Below are positions 51,620 through 64,000 of a DNA stretch of 64,000 nucleotides, piece after piece. Every line of letters starts with the position of its first letter. Positions within the stretch are counted from its first letter, which is position 1. This stretch comes from Lama glama (Eukaryota). The stretch lies in NCBI GenBank assembly GCA_028534125.1, contig CM052817.1:85066001-85130000 (forward strand), given 5' to 3'. Made by a program: the position numbers and the translations under genes. A model generated the notes under the pieces. It searched no databases, was not told the origin of the DNA, and was given only the letters and a program-made list of their open reading frames with translations.

Positions 51620-53200
51620 TATCACATATAAACAGATAAAAAGAATCATCAGACATTTGAAGAAGGCCTCTAACATGAAAAAAGTCTTAATAAAGAAAGG
51701 GAAAAAAAGGGAATGTGGAGGAAATAGAGAACATTTTGTAAACAGAAATTTCAGAGAGAAAATTTAAAATGATTATATGTATGAAAAAAATAGAATCCTA
51801 TAATAAGAAATATTTAAAGAACAGAATTAACTCTGTATGTATAACTATATATAAAGATATAGTTGACAAAAATGTCTGGTTAAGAAACAAAAGACATGGG
51901 AATATATAAGAAAAATACATCAAAGTTAGGGAACCAATCCAGAAGTATCAATATCTAATAATAAGAGTTCCAAAAAATATAAGAGAACATATGGAAGTGA
52001 ACATTTATATTTAACTATTATGCAAACATCCCATAACTGAATAATAGTTTCCAGAAGAATCCAAATAGTCCCCATAGCAATGACTGAACAAAACACCTAT
52101 ACCAAAACCACTCACCCAAAAATTTCACAACAGTGGATATAGAGTGAAGATTCTAAATTCTTATAGAGGGAGGGGAAAAAAAGACAGGCACTCTCAAAAG
52201 GAACACGATACAGAAAGTCCTTAGCCTTCTCATTGGAAGCTAGAAGAATGTGGAGTGATGTTTTCAAAATTCTGAGACAAGATGGTGTATATCCAGCCAG
52301 ACCACCAATCACGTTTGAAGGCTGTCTAAAGGATTTTCAGATATTCAAAGTCTTGATGCACATATTCATTCTCAAGAAGCTGACTGGAGTTTGTGCTCTG
52401 CACAGTTGAATGAGAAAAGCAAGTGAAAGAATGGATACACTAGAAAGAGCATTCCCACAGAAGAGGAGTGAAAGTTAACCAGCAACAGAAGGAAGTCCCA
52501 AGATGACCACCAAGCAAGAAGTCTAGAGAGCAAATGATTCAGATTGAAGCTGGAGGGCAAAGGACTTCAGGAGGAATACCTCCAAGAAAAAGTAAAAGTG
52601 AGTAAGAATGTGTTTAGGTCCTTTGAGGAGACATTTAAAGATTGTTTGAGGACGAACTAGTAATGGTCACACTGAAAGGTGACCAAATGAAAAAATTAAC
52701 TCCAGGACAACAATGAATTGAGCAGAATATGAAATATAATGTTAATATACTACATGGCATATTCTATATGGCTTAGCTATGAATAATATTTACATAGTCA
52801 CATAATGCAAATATTGACTATTGAGTTAACTACTAAACACTAACAATCTCATTTATGTGATTCTATTGGAAGAAATGTGTGTGTATGTGTGTGTATGTGT
52901 GTGTAAATAGGTATATGCTTATACATGTGGTTATAAATATGTGCTTTTGCAGAGAGAGGGCAGCATAAGAAAGCTCAATTGTTCTCTTGTGTTTTCCATT
53001 TTGGCAGGTCCATAGATACTGCTTATGATTGAATAATCAAGAAAACAGGATACCCATGTGATTCAGAAACTAGAGGTAAATTACAGAAGAAATAGCTAAA
53101 ATGTTAAATGGAGCATGGTATCTGGAGTTTACAATATGAAGTATGGAAGAGTAGAACAAAAGACTTTTTCTGGTACGAGATTCATAGAACTATCAAACTC
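51620..53200 (+). mobile_element. HAL1/ancient L1 ORF1-type relic
   Basis: AGAATCATCAGACATTTGAAGAAGGCCTCTAACATGAAA...TTGGAAGCTAGAAGAATGTGGAGTGATGTTTTCAAAATTCTGAG...GGAAGTCCCAAGATGAC...CTAGAGAGCAAATGATTCAGATTG; many stops. Confidence 0.65.
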
Positions 53201-56200
53201 TTTCAGTAATAAGTGGTATAATTTTGCTAAAAATGAAACAACAAAGAAAGCAAAGAAACAATAGGTAGAATACTCCTGAATACAAAATAGCCCCAGTGAA
53301 GAAAGTAAATGAATGGCCATGGAAACAGTTGTTTTTTTCTTTTTTTTAATTTGTCATTTCTTTTGTACCTATAAAATAAGCATGCCATGAGCATGTATAA
53401 TCTCTTCAAAAATTAATCATATGATATATAAAGGGAAAAACCCCAAGGACTATGATGTTATATAATCATGCCCCTCCAAAATATATACATAGTTTTAATA
53501 AAATGTTGCCTGAAATACAGGCACAAATAGACCGTAAGTATGTACGGGATACCTTGAAGAAAATGTCATATAATTAACTTAGCACCTTCCATCTTAATGG
53601 TATTCCATTGTGAAAAATACAGTTTAAAAGTTGAGACTAAATCTTGAAATCAGTATCTCTTCAAAAACTTTTAATGGACACTTGCCTATTTTTTAAATTT
53701 TCTGATCAATAGAAACACATGATGCTCCATCTTAGTGATTTCATAATTGATTATTCTGAAAGTAAACATTTTCAAGTTTTGATATTTTATGCAATAAAGG
53801 CATTCCATTTTTTACATTATTTGTTTTCCACCATGGGAGTTTGTAAATATAACATGTGTCTATCCCAGAATAGCAACTACCTAGTAAATAGGTCCAGATG
53901 TTTAGGATAACAACTTTCCACCTGCATGTCTTTAGGACTCCTTTGCCTTCTCCCTCTCCACCTCCCACCAAGTTCCCTTCTGTCATATCTTGTTTAATGT
54001 AGCAGATGTGATTAACTAGAGACATACAACAGCTTTTTAAAAATTGAACAATTACAGATTTTATCAGCATGGTAATAAAAAGTTATCATATCTTTCAAAC
54101 TCAGAAAACCATTGGGTGCTAGAAAACATTTAAATAAGTTTATATTTCTCACATTAAGAGTCCCTGATTTTTCAAAGAATAGTGCACATTGACAGCTACA
54201 AAGAGCTTTAAGGAGGGGGAGTGTTTTTCTCTTGTGAAATACATAGTCCAGTCTAAATGTGATGGCTGCATTTGAAACCATATAGAGTTAGAGAGATGGG
54301 GAGGTTTAGTTTCCTGAGTGACATATAGTCCTATGTAATGTAAGCGGTATGTCTTTAGAGAAATCTGTCCTGTTGGGATAAAGGGAACTCTAGTAATATC
54401 TTGAGTGTACCCAAGGGTGGATGTATTCTTATGCAAATACAATAACCACTGTTCCATATAGGAAGCTCCCTTCTATGCATGATGCTGCTCCTGCGCCAAG
54501 CTACTGAGGGAGAGAAAAATGATTACGCTATATATGTCCAATTGATTCTGCCTCTCTTCTGAAGTATGTCAAATAAATTGCATTTTTCCTGAGCCCATTT
54601 AGAAGGAGTATTATCCTGCTGTGTTCCTTTGGATCCTGTACAGATTTCTGATTGCTGAATTGTAACACTAATCATAATAATTATCTATGTAATAAGTTCA
54701 CAATATGAATTGTTACAGATGGTCACATTTTCTATCACAGAGCAATCAAGCTTATTTGTACAATCTACTTGCTCCCAGATAAAACAAAAGGCAACATGTA
54801 AGTTTTTGTATGTTCATCACACATTATAAGTGGCAATTTAGGTCTAGTACATCAGAGAAAATGAGAGATGATAAGAGAGAATGCTAAAGAACTTTTCAAT
54901 AAAGCATATTTGGATTTTGCTATTAGTTTTACAGATATTATCATTATATATCCAATTAAATACTAAAGATTTGTTTTTTTCACAGCAAGCAATTTTGTTT
55001 TTCCTATCTAGAATCTGACAAAAGAGGATTTTGACAAAAGAGGATATGCAAATGAATTATAATTCAAATATAATACTACAAGTATTAGTTATTGACATAG
55101 AATGTAGAGCAAATTTATGACCTTCAAAAAAATGGTCTTCTAGGATTGACTACAGTTGGAAACAGTTTACCTTCTCTGTCACTTCAACAATTGCCATGTG
55201 GGCCTTTAGTTAATTAGCCAAATCTGGTCACCACTTACAGGTGTTGTCAGAACTGAAGAAGTATTTTGCTGATATTGATACTGATACTTTGCTGAAGAGA
55301 TATTTTATTTTTGTCTTGTTACTTATTCTGAAACATGGCCCATTTTGCTGACCAATGTATGCCAACAAATTCATTATAGCAAAGGGGAAATTACTTCTCT
55401 GACTTTTATTTAGTATTTTATCAAAATCACAGGAGCCTCTGGCATTATGAGGTTAAATGCACAGAACATACTTGAAAAGACTAGGAACCTTATTTGATTG
55501 TCTTATGGTGTCTAACTTGTATCTATTCATGATCAAATAAAAGCAAATATTCAATATACATCTATAAAGGTGATTATATCCCATTTCTCTGCTCTGAGTT
55601 CATTTTTGGTTTTACTAGTGGTTTAATTTTTAACCACTAGGATTTTATACTGGTCCATCCTGAAATAGAAACCAGACATGATTTTTGGATTGTAACTTCA
55701 TATCCTAGTCACTGTTCTATACTGTGCTTTCTGCACTGGAACCTCAGTATTGAAGTAGTTGTTAGAAGTATCAGGAGTGAAATTATGTAACAGCTTTTTA
55801 ATTATACAAGTGACTTATAAATTTTAAACTGAACATCATAAATCCATTTGAATAGACACACAACATTTGTAATGCCTGAGAAGTGAAGGGCTCAGATATT
55901 CTTTAGAAAATAAAAACATGCAGAGTGAATTTTTTTTTGAGGCCCATCTGATAAGTTTATCCTCTTCACATTCATATGTACATGATAAAGTGAATGCTAT
56001 CTTTAAACTCTTTATTTTGAGTTATAACTGTCATTTGTATTTCCTGAAAATTTGATTCCTCTTTAATGTAAAGAATAAAATTTAAACTTCCCAACTTTCT
56101 AATTTAAAAAACCAAGGAATGAAAACTCTGTTCTGGGACAGCTTGAAGATGTCAATTAATTCATTTAAACTCTAACAGAAAATAACAGAGTAACAGACAT

Positions 56201-56432
56201 TATGTTCCTTTGGATGGCTGGCAGATAATTAACCGAATGATTACAAAATGTTCAAATATAAATAAATAATTCACAGTCAATTTTATTTTTATTACATATT
56301 AAAGGATGCATAATGCAATACAAGCCATATTAATATGCCATAGAGATTTCCATAACTATGCTCTTTCTCTCTGACTCCCAAGGATGTGCCTTCTTACAAG
56401 ACCATGATATTACATAAATGATTTTTAGGCTA

Positions 56433-56456
56433 ATATATATATATATATATATATAT
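56433..56456. repeat. (TA)n microsatellite
   Basis: About 12 TA units. Confidence 0.95.
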
Positions 56457-57049
56457 CTTTTGATATTTTTCAAGAATGAACGTTACAATAGCTAACATTT
56501 ATTTTTATAAGATAAGAAAGACATCTTTTTAATTGCAGAGTCATAAAATACTTTTCAAGAGAAGTATTTAGGGGTATAAAGGGTATAGACATGAAAAAAT
56601 AATCTATAAATACATTTTCTTACAAAATATTACTTCCAAGTTCTAGATATCAAATCATAATTTTCTCAAGTAAAAATATTTGCTACATCCAAATATCAAG
56701 TGCATGCTTTTCAAAGATTTATTAGCTAATTAATGATTGAAATAGTTAAAGGGTAAAGCTATTTCAAGGAGCATTTTGAGGAACCAGGCAAATATAGGCA
56801 GGTAAAAGATTAAAGCTGGTGAATAATCAACAGAGGGGTAAAAAGAAGAAATTGGAGGTTATCTTTTCTAATGGACATCTTTATCAGACAATAACAAATG
56901 AATGCATAATTTCTAGAGTCTAAAGATAGACAAAAAGTACATTACCCTAGATGATGAGATAATACTTGAGTGAACTTGACACATTATGTTCCTAGACTCT
57001 CTTGGCCTTATTAGTATAAGTTTTCCACAATTCTTCTTTACACAAGTAT

Positions 57050-57750
57050 CAACCCTAATTCCTGGTACCTTACTTGTAGCTCTGATTTCATTCACACTCT
57101 GAAGCTCCATTATCAGTCTTTCCGTTTAAGCCCTCCTCTCCCTCCGATATTCTATAATTTGCCTATAAAGTATGAGTGGGTGGTTTCTTTATCATCCTTC
57201 TTAAGCACTCTGAGTGTCCTTTTAATCTGAGGTTTCTTTTGTAAAAAGAAAAAACCAAAAAACAAAATCCGTGAAATTGATATCCATTTTTTACCTCAAA
57301 TCATTATTACTTTTCATCTTTATTTCTTCTGTTTTTGAAATAAATCAATCTTATTTTCCAGATATCAGCACTTTCTCTTCCAGCATCCCTATCTCTAGTT
57401 TATCTTTTAGTCTTTTGTGTTTCTTTGTTACTTCTTTCTCCAAGAAATTTTCTTGATCTGATCTTCTTGCTAATATATTCCTCATCTATATCCATATGGT
57501 CCTAAATTCTATTTGTATTTATTTTAATATTACATTTTTTCTTCTATTTTATATATTTTGTTATTCCTGTTTCATCTTAGTAATATCTCCCCTTTTATCT
57601 TTTAGCTTATCATTTCACTAATTTTAAATGGTGATAAATATGTTCTAATACTTCTCCTTCTAACAGAGTTAGCAGTTGCATTTCTCCAGTGTCTTGTTGT
57701 TTATACCTGTGAGTTCATTTCCCCTTAGGAATAGAAGCTACTCTGTCTAT
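57050..57750 (-). mobile_element. HAL1/ancient L1 relic
   Basis: T-rich strand with GAGTGTCCTTTTAATCTGAGGTTT, TCTCCAAGAAATTTTCTTGATCTGATCTTC; boundaries rough. Confidence 0.4.
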
Positions 57751-60700
57751 CAGTGCTTATGAAGGAAAGTCAGACTTTTAAGTGTCAACTCCAAAGTGCT
57801 TAGGGCATTTGGGGCAAGGGGAATAAATGAGTCCCAGAGTGGAAAATCCCAGTGACCAGTAAACCATTTCTAATGACCAACCCCATTAAACAAAGCCTTA
57901 GCTAAATGGCTTCACCTTTTACCTTCCAAGAAGAATCAGCATTAGGACGGACAATCCCTACAATAGATTGTATCCAACAACCAAGGGCGTTCGCAGATGG
58001 TGTGGGAAAGTGGCTGTGCAAATTGATTCTCCATCTCTTTCTGTCAGCTCTCTTTTGTCAGAGCTTCTGTGCTGTTCTGATTTTATTCTTGCCCATGTGT
58101 GTTGGAGTTCTGAATGGTCATCGGAGCCGACACTCTTAGTCCCAAGATAGTTTCGGGGAGAAACTAAAGCAAAATTGCCATAGATCGCTCCCATTGTTTG
58201 CTCTCACAGACTGCCTCTTGCCCAGTCAGAAGCGCCCCCTCACACATACCAGTTCCAGCTTCTGTCACTACAAGATTTTCTTACATTTCTAGTTTGATTT
58301 GTTTTCACTTTTACTATTAAAATCATATACAATTTGAAGTAAGACTTTTAAAATCATAATCCACAAGTTTATAATATGAAGCAAGCAAAATAAAGTGAAA
58401 AACACAGTTTAAATATTTCATTGTCGGGTTTCTATAAAATAGCAGTGCTATTAATGGAAATGTTCCATATTCTATATGCATTTCTCTGCAGTCTTTTAAA
58501 TGTGTTTTGTAGAGGGAAAAGAAAGCCTAGATATCTTTCAATTGTGATGCTCTTTGGCTATAACTGGATTATCATTTGGAAATGCTCTATTTTGCAAGGA
58601 AAAGAAATGTAGCAAGAATCTTTAACATTTATTTAGACCTAGTTAAAAGGTGGCATGAAAATCTAGGCCTTTCATCTCTTCTTGAATGATTTCTTATTCA
58701 AACTGAGCTGGAGTTCTGAGAGCAGAATGTTATGCTTTCTTGGGTCTCCATTCAAGGGAGCCTTTAATTCACTGTTTCATAATAAATCTTAGAAGAGCCA
58801 GTTATGACAAAATATGCAATCGTGTGCCCTACCTGAATAGTGCATGGCTTTCAGTTCTGCAATATTGTGTATTCTCCTTTCATTGATTTCAAGCAAAAAA
58901 TACGTAAAACAGTAGGCTAATGATACGTCCTCTGATTGATTTTACCTATATTTAAGCTATTCTAAGCAGTTTTAAGTTGAAAATTTTTTCTTTTTGTTTG
59001 TGAGGTTTATGAACAACTGGGGTAGTTGGCTATCGTTACATGGGGCTCAGAGCTCAGGTTTTGTGTATAAATTATTTTGTAAGAGATTATGAGTTTGGCC
59101 AAGAAGTTTGCATGTTTTTTTTTCTTTTGTTGTTTGTTTTAAAATATGCACAGCATGTGGTTATCTGAAAAAGTGATAAAAGTACTCGTGAATTTTCCCT
59201 TGTGAAAAATAATACTTTAAATTTAAACTTTAATTTGGAGAAAATTCCACATCTGGGAACATGGCAGAAAAAGAAATCAATAACATGATTCTATGGAAAT
59301 TAGTTGGGGAGTAAATTCCATTTGATGATGATTGCTGCTAACTGGAAGGAATTGATTCTTGCTACCTGTAGCATCATAGGCACTGTATAGCAGGATGCTA
59401 TACCCTAGAGCTACTAGTTCATGGGAAATACTGATAGGAATCTTTCATCTATTTACAACAGCACTGGATGTTTTTCTTATATCAACTCTGGCAAAGGTAG
59501 AAAGGGATAGGAGTGAAAATGGTTTAATGCACAGGTGCTTCAACTACCATTGCACTTCTGTGTTTCAGGTTATAATACATGTCCTTAGAACAAATCCTAT
59601 TTTTCACATAATGTAATAACAACACTGCTGTTACATAGTGATTGGTATTATAAAATGTGCTGGGAGATAAATGCTGTTATTATGAAAATCCTATTAGCAA
59701 GTCTCTATGTACTATACATGCAGGGCAGATTTATTAACATACACTCTGCAGTCACTTCCCTGAAAACAGTTTTACCAGCTATGAAATACTATGCAGTAAT
59801 GCCATTAATAAATGTATCTAATTGCAGTATATAAAAGTGAAACGTTGAATAGCTTGAAATGGCCTCTGTGAATGGTGAGATTATTTCAAGTAGATGCACT
59901 GAGCAATGGATACACTTTGTTACCCCTTTTTTCATACAGCCACGTGTCAAGTAATAGATCATTAAAGTGCACAGTCAGTTAGGCTAATGAGAAAATGCTG
60001 GTTCTTTTACAAAAAGCTGTCAGTAGATGGCAATGTGACTGTTTTATAAGGCATTTTTATTCCATATGGAACTAAAAACTTGAGATCATTCACATTTGCT
60101 ACCTAAATTACTGTAATTTTTTCCCCAAAAAAGGGCTCCAAGAGCCATTTTAAACTATTCTTTAAATAATTGATAGTTACAAATGAAAAGCTAAGCCGAG
60201 AATTTCCAAAGTGATCAAAGTTGTTTTAATTTTCCATTGGTCATGGTTGAATAAAAATAATGTTACAAACTATACCATCAATAACCAGGGAATGCAGAGC
60301 CTCCATTTCAAAGTAGAGCACTTTTAGCAAATCCATATTATGACCTCACTTAGGCACTATTACCAGCTATGGCCCACTGGTGCACTATTTATTACAAGAC
60401 TCTGAAGAATAATGTTGCATTGAACATTTAAATTTTTTTCTATCTTTTTTTGAATCCTTTCAGCTCTCTTCTTATCCATATAAATCACGACTGTTATTCT
60501 GTTATTTCTAGTGATACTTTATATAAATACTCACATGCCTATATATTACATATATGCATATATAATAATATAATTATAAATATACCTAAAATCAAAGAGT
60601 GCTAGACAGTCTGCATATACATTAAGAGGACATGGTTTCTGACTTCATTATAAATTATAAAAAAAAACAAAAAAGAATAATATATTCTTGAGGGAAATTC

Positions 60701-60942
60701 TAGGAATTGAGTTTTGGCTAATGCGGAATTCTAAGAAAAGGAAAAATATATTGAAATTCTTAGACAATTCTATCAGAAGATACAAAGACAGTATTCAGCT
60801 CTACAGAATAATTTTAATCACATTGAGCCTTAAGCTTGTGATTCCATTTTGGGGTATATAAGGGGTAAAGATAAAGATGTATTATTAGGAGTGGGATTTT
60901 ATGAATGTGCAATACACCACAACAGGGAATCATTGGTCAGTT

Positions 60943-60986
60943 AAAAATACAGTTACTAGAAAGAAAAAAAAAAATACAGTTACTAG
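60943..60986 (+). repeat. 17-bp direct repeat flanking a 10-nt A-rich insert
   Basis: AAAAATACAGTTACTAG (60943-60959) + AAAGAAAAAA + AAAAATACAGTTACTAG (60970-60986), preceded by TT. Confidence 0.85.
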
Positions 60987-61408
60987 TCATGATCTAAGCT
61001 GTGAGAAAGTCAATTAAATAGCCTGAGTTACCATTTTATCAACTATGTGAATGGAAATAACTTGTCAATATCTAATATTTCTTCAGATCTGATTAGTGAT
61101 GGAAAGTTTACCCTTTGATACTTTGATTAGCAAGGCATACTAAAATGGGAAACATCCAATCCTGGGAATCCTATTCAGTCCAGGATCTCAGAGACCTAAT
61201 TGGTGTCCACCCCAGAGGAACTAGAACCAATTAGTTTGTGTCTTGAAAATTAGAATTTTTAAAGGCTGGCTTCCTTCTTTTCATAACTCCTTAAAATAAG
61301 TTTTCCTGAATGTGGCAATGGGAAATCCATGAACAACAAAGGATCCTTGAACTATATTTAGACATACAATTTAAGAATAATATTGCCAGTGATTAAAAGT
61401 AGGGATAG

Positions 61409-62403
61409 TGTGGAGGATAAAAAATAATTTTTCTTCTACCTGTTGACCTAAAGAAAAACACAGAACATAAGAGTTGTGAGTTTAAGTTTTATCCAGGGTC
61501 CTACTAAGGACTGTAGCCTGGGAGACAGGTATTCAATTAACTCTGAGGAAGTGCTCTGTAGAGGTAGGGGAGAGGCCAGTGTACATATGAATTTTTTGGT
61601 TGGGAAATCTATGTAAAAGTCTTGGTAAAAGTTTGCTGCTAATTACAAAGAGGAGATATCTCAAGTTAATGATAAGTGCTTTTCCAAGTATGGGAAGATG
61701 CAAGAATCTGGGGTCACTGAAATTCTTCCTGAGATATATACCTAACTATCTAAGGGCCTGTTTATTCAAAACATAGAGTGTCTCATCCTGTTTTTCATCC
61801 TGAATCCCTCTCAGGTTGCACAGGGGTGGACCACTGCAGGATGTTATGACTTAACCCTTGAAGAACTGGGTGGTGAGTAATGATCTTTTGTTCTTTGTTC
61901 ACATACCCTTCTAGGTTCTTGGCTGAGATACCCCTCTTCCTATAATAAAAGATAGATTAACAGGAGAAAGGCAAACAGAAGTTTAATAATGTGTGTACCT
62001 CCTGTATATCTGGGAGACACCTGGGAAAACTGAATAACTCCTTGAAATGGCCCACGCTATCACCTTTAAGTCAAATGTCCAGTAAAGACAAAAGATGTTA
62101 TGAGGCAGGCTATTAGGAAAAGCACAGTAAACAAGGGTAGGTTTGTTATGCAGACTTAGTTTGTTGCCTTCTCCATTGCAAAGGTGTAGAGCTTTACTGT
62201 CCCTTCTCTTCCTGGTACAAAGAGGGAGACATCCTTACAAATAGAGACTTACCTTATAAATGTAAATATCTCTCAAAAACAAGTAATTTCTACTCAGTTA
62301 TCAGAGCTTTTCCTATGCCTGCTGTTTCTTAAAAATAATCAGCCTAAAAAAATCCTTATGTCAAAGAGGCATATTTTGGTAAGGCAAATTCTGATCACCT
62401 TCA
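61409..62403 (-). mobile_element. ERV1-type solo LTR (MER39/MER34-like), host of a nested LTR
   Basis: TGTGGAGG...CTGATCACCTTCA with TSD ATAG (61405-61408, 62404-62407); right end AATCCTTATGTCAAAGAGGCATATTTTGG mirrors the start of 37940..38416. Confidence 0.85.
61441..61903 (-). mobile_element. ERV1-type solo LTR (MER41-like), nested
   Basis: TGTTGACC...TTGTTCACA with TSD TACC (61437-61440, 61904-61907); alignable along most of its length with 36737..37212. Confidence 0.88.
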
Positions 62404-62558
62404 ATAGCATCCTTAATGAAATGTAAGATTTAATATTTACATATATAAAAGAATTAAAGGAGATAATACATTTGCTTTGAATTTTTAATTTTATAATTTG
62501 AATAAAATCAGTAGTTCTCTTGTATGATTTATTTTAGATAAACCTTAGTAGTTTGTAT

Positions 62559-63283
62559 TGTAAGGACAAACATAAATTAAAAACTAGAGGCTTAATTCTC
62601 CCTGTTAAAAATGGGGGAAGAGACTTCATTCCCTTTCTTTTTCTCAGAGCATTTATTTTAGGAAGCTTGTAATTGCAGCAGTTTCTTATCTCTTTCAAAT
62701 GTATATAAATCCTTTTGAAGACTAAATAGGCCTTTTGTTAGTTGGCCTTTTGTCAGCTTTATGCCCCAGGATAGTTTTTCTCAAGAACCTGAAAGCCATC
62801 TCCTAGAAATGCTAGCATCAAGGGAGATAGGACTCCTAATCTCTCAGTTTCTGTGGAAGAGTAGGAGCCTGACTTCTTGGTGGCCACCTTGCTCCAAGAT
62901 GCAAAACTATCTCTTGTCATAAAAATGAAAAGTTTGTTATTCTTTCAGATAAAACTAATTAGCTAACACAGAAGGTCAGTACAATTACCAGGTAAAGTTA
63001 GTATGAATAATGTGTGACAATTGGTGTTGCCAATTCCTCTGACTTGAGAACTAGTTATTATTTACCTTAAAATTTTTGATATAATGGTTTGTATCTGCTT
63101 GGCTATATAAAACAGTAACATTTCTTTTTGCCTTTGCAATCTCTTAGCTGACTGCCTGAGATGCTCACTGCATTCTGGTGTAATGCTTATTCAGTAATAG
63201 AAGGGTTTTCTTTCTCTATAAACTTCGTGGAGAGGATTTCTAGGTTGTGAGAAGATTTTGTTTTTAATTATATGTCCCCAACA
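62559..63283 (+). mobile_element. ERV1-type solo LTR (MER34/MER4-group-like)
   Basis: TGTAAGGAC...TATGTCCCCAACA; TSD GTAT/GTCT; TATA box CTATATAAA near 63103. Confidence 0.8.
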
Positions 63284-64000
63284 GTCTTTAACCAGAATTC
63301 AGATTTGATTTTCTTGCTTTGGATTTTCTTCCTACCAACTCAATTCAGCTTCAACTGTTGCTCTGGGCAAGAATCAAATTCCTATACTAGTTATCAATTC
63401 CTATTGATATAGTTGCAATTTATCTTCATGATCGTTCATTATTCATTGAAGATAATTGTATACCTTATAGCATGCCACTTGTTTCAAATAAAGCATTCAA
63501 GCAAGACAAAGAGAAAAACTATCGGGAATTTTAATACTTTGTAAAATAAGGAAGCAAATCCTTTAGATGAATTTCCATTTTAAAAAATCCATGAAGTAGT
63601 GTTTTAGGCAATAAAAATTGCTTTCTTTGGCAACATTTATGGCTAAACCAGTGTTAAAAAGAAGTGTAAAACTAATAGAATACTAGTCGGAATTCTATCA
63701 TTCCATTTGTGAAGGAAACTATATCATTAAAAAGGATTTATGCATCTATCCCATTAAAATAACATTTTCTTTTCAAAGAAAAAATGAGAAGACAGAGACT
63801 TTTGACTTTCCCATGGAAATAACCACATTAAAATAATAATTCATGGTGAGTCTATGTATTTTAAAGTATCTTTCCTTGAAATACCCTTGAAGTTGTTCTT
63901 TAATCAATAGTTTCATTAGACATTTCTCCATCTGTGATCATCACGTACATATGTGAGTGAGAAAACCTGTTCTGTGAAGTGATACTTTAATAATTATTTT

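Noticed and set aside
55016..55045. Short tandem duplications (TGACAAAAGAGGAT x2; similar at ~38738 and ~49376)
   Set aside because: Ordinary two-copy slippage events with no array structure
55615..55640. Hairpin CTAGTGGTT-N8-AACCACTAG
   Set aside because: A 9-bp stem is expected by chance in 64 kb and is too short for a pre-miRNA
58228..58248. Reverse CTCF-like AGGGGGCGCT
   Set aside because: Only the 3' half matches; the CCAC/CCAG half is absent
1..64000. CRISPR array, operon, intact retroviral or transposase ORF, NUMT, rRNA/snRNA gene
   Set aside because: No repeat-spacer periodicity, no long ORF, no internal ERV sequence recognised next to the LTRs, and no mitochondrial or structural-RNA similarity recognised by eye

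Overview
AT-rich, CpG-depleted mammalian genomic DNA, most likely a camelid (camel/llama/alpaca). The lineage call rests on a tRNA-Ala-headed SINE with the camelid-type AAACCTAATTACCTCCCC-like tail and a young L1 3' end resembling camelid L1, both recognised from memory. I see no recognisable protein-coding gene, RNA gene, CpG island or prokaryotic-type system. The supplied ORFs look like chance or repeat-derived ORFs, so the window reads as gene desert or large intron. It is dominated by transposon relics: L2, MIR, old and young L1, HAL1, MLT1/LTR16/LTR33, hAT and Tigger MITEs, and six ERV1-type solo LTRs with TG...CA ends and 4-bp TSDs. There is one 500-N assembly gap. The most notable sequence-supported observations are: an 8-bp-TSD hAT element enclosing a MIR plus unrelated DNA, an LTR nested in an LTR within a three-LTR cluster, a poly(A)-only retroinsertion with a perfect 17-bp TSD, a near-consensus CTCF site, several repeat-free enhancer-like blocks, and some speculative splice-site-bounded exon candidates. 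I found no evidence for a new biological system. All repeat family names are from recalled consensus sequences and need RepeatMasker/Dfam confirmation.
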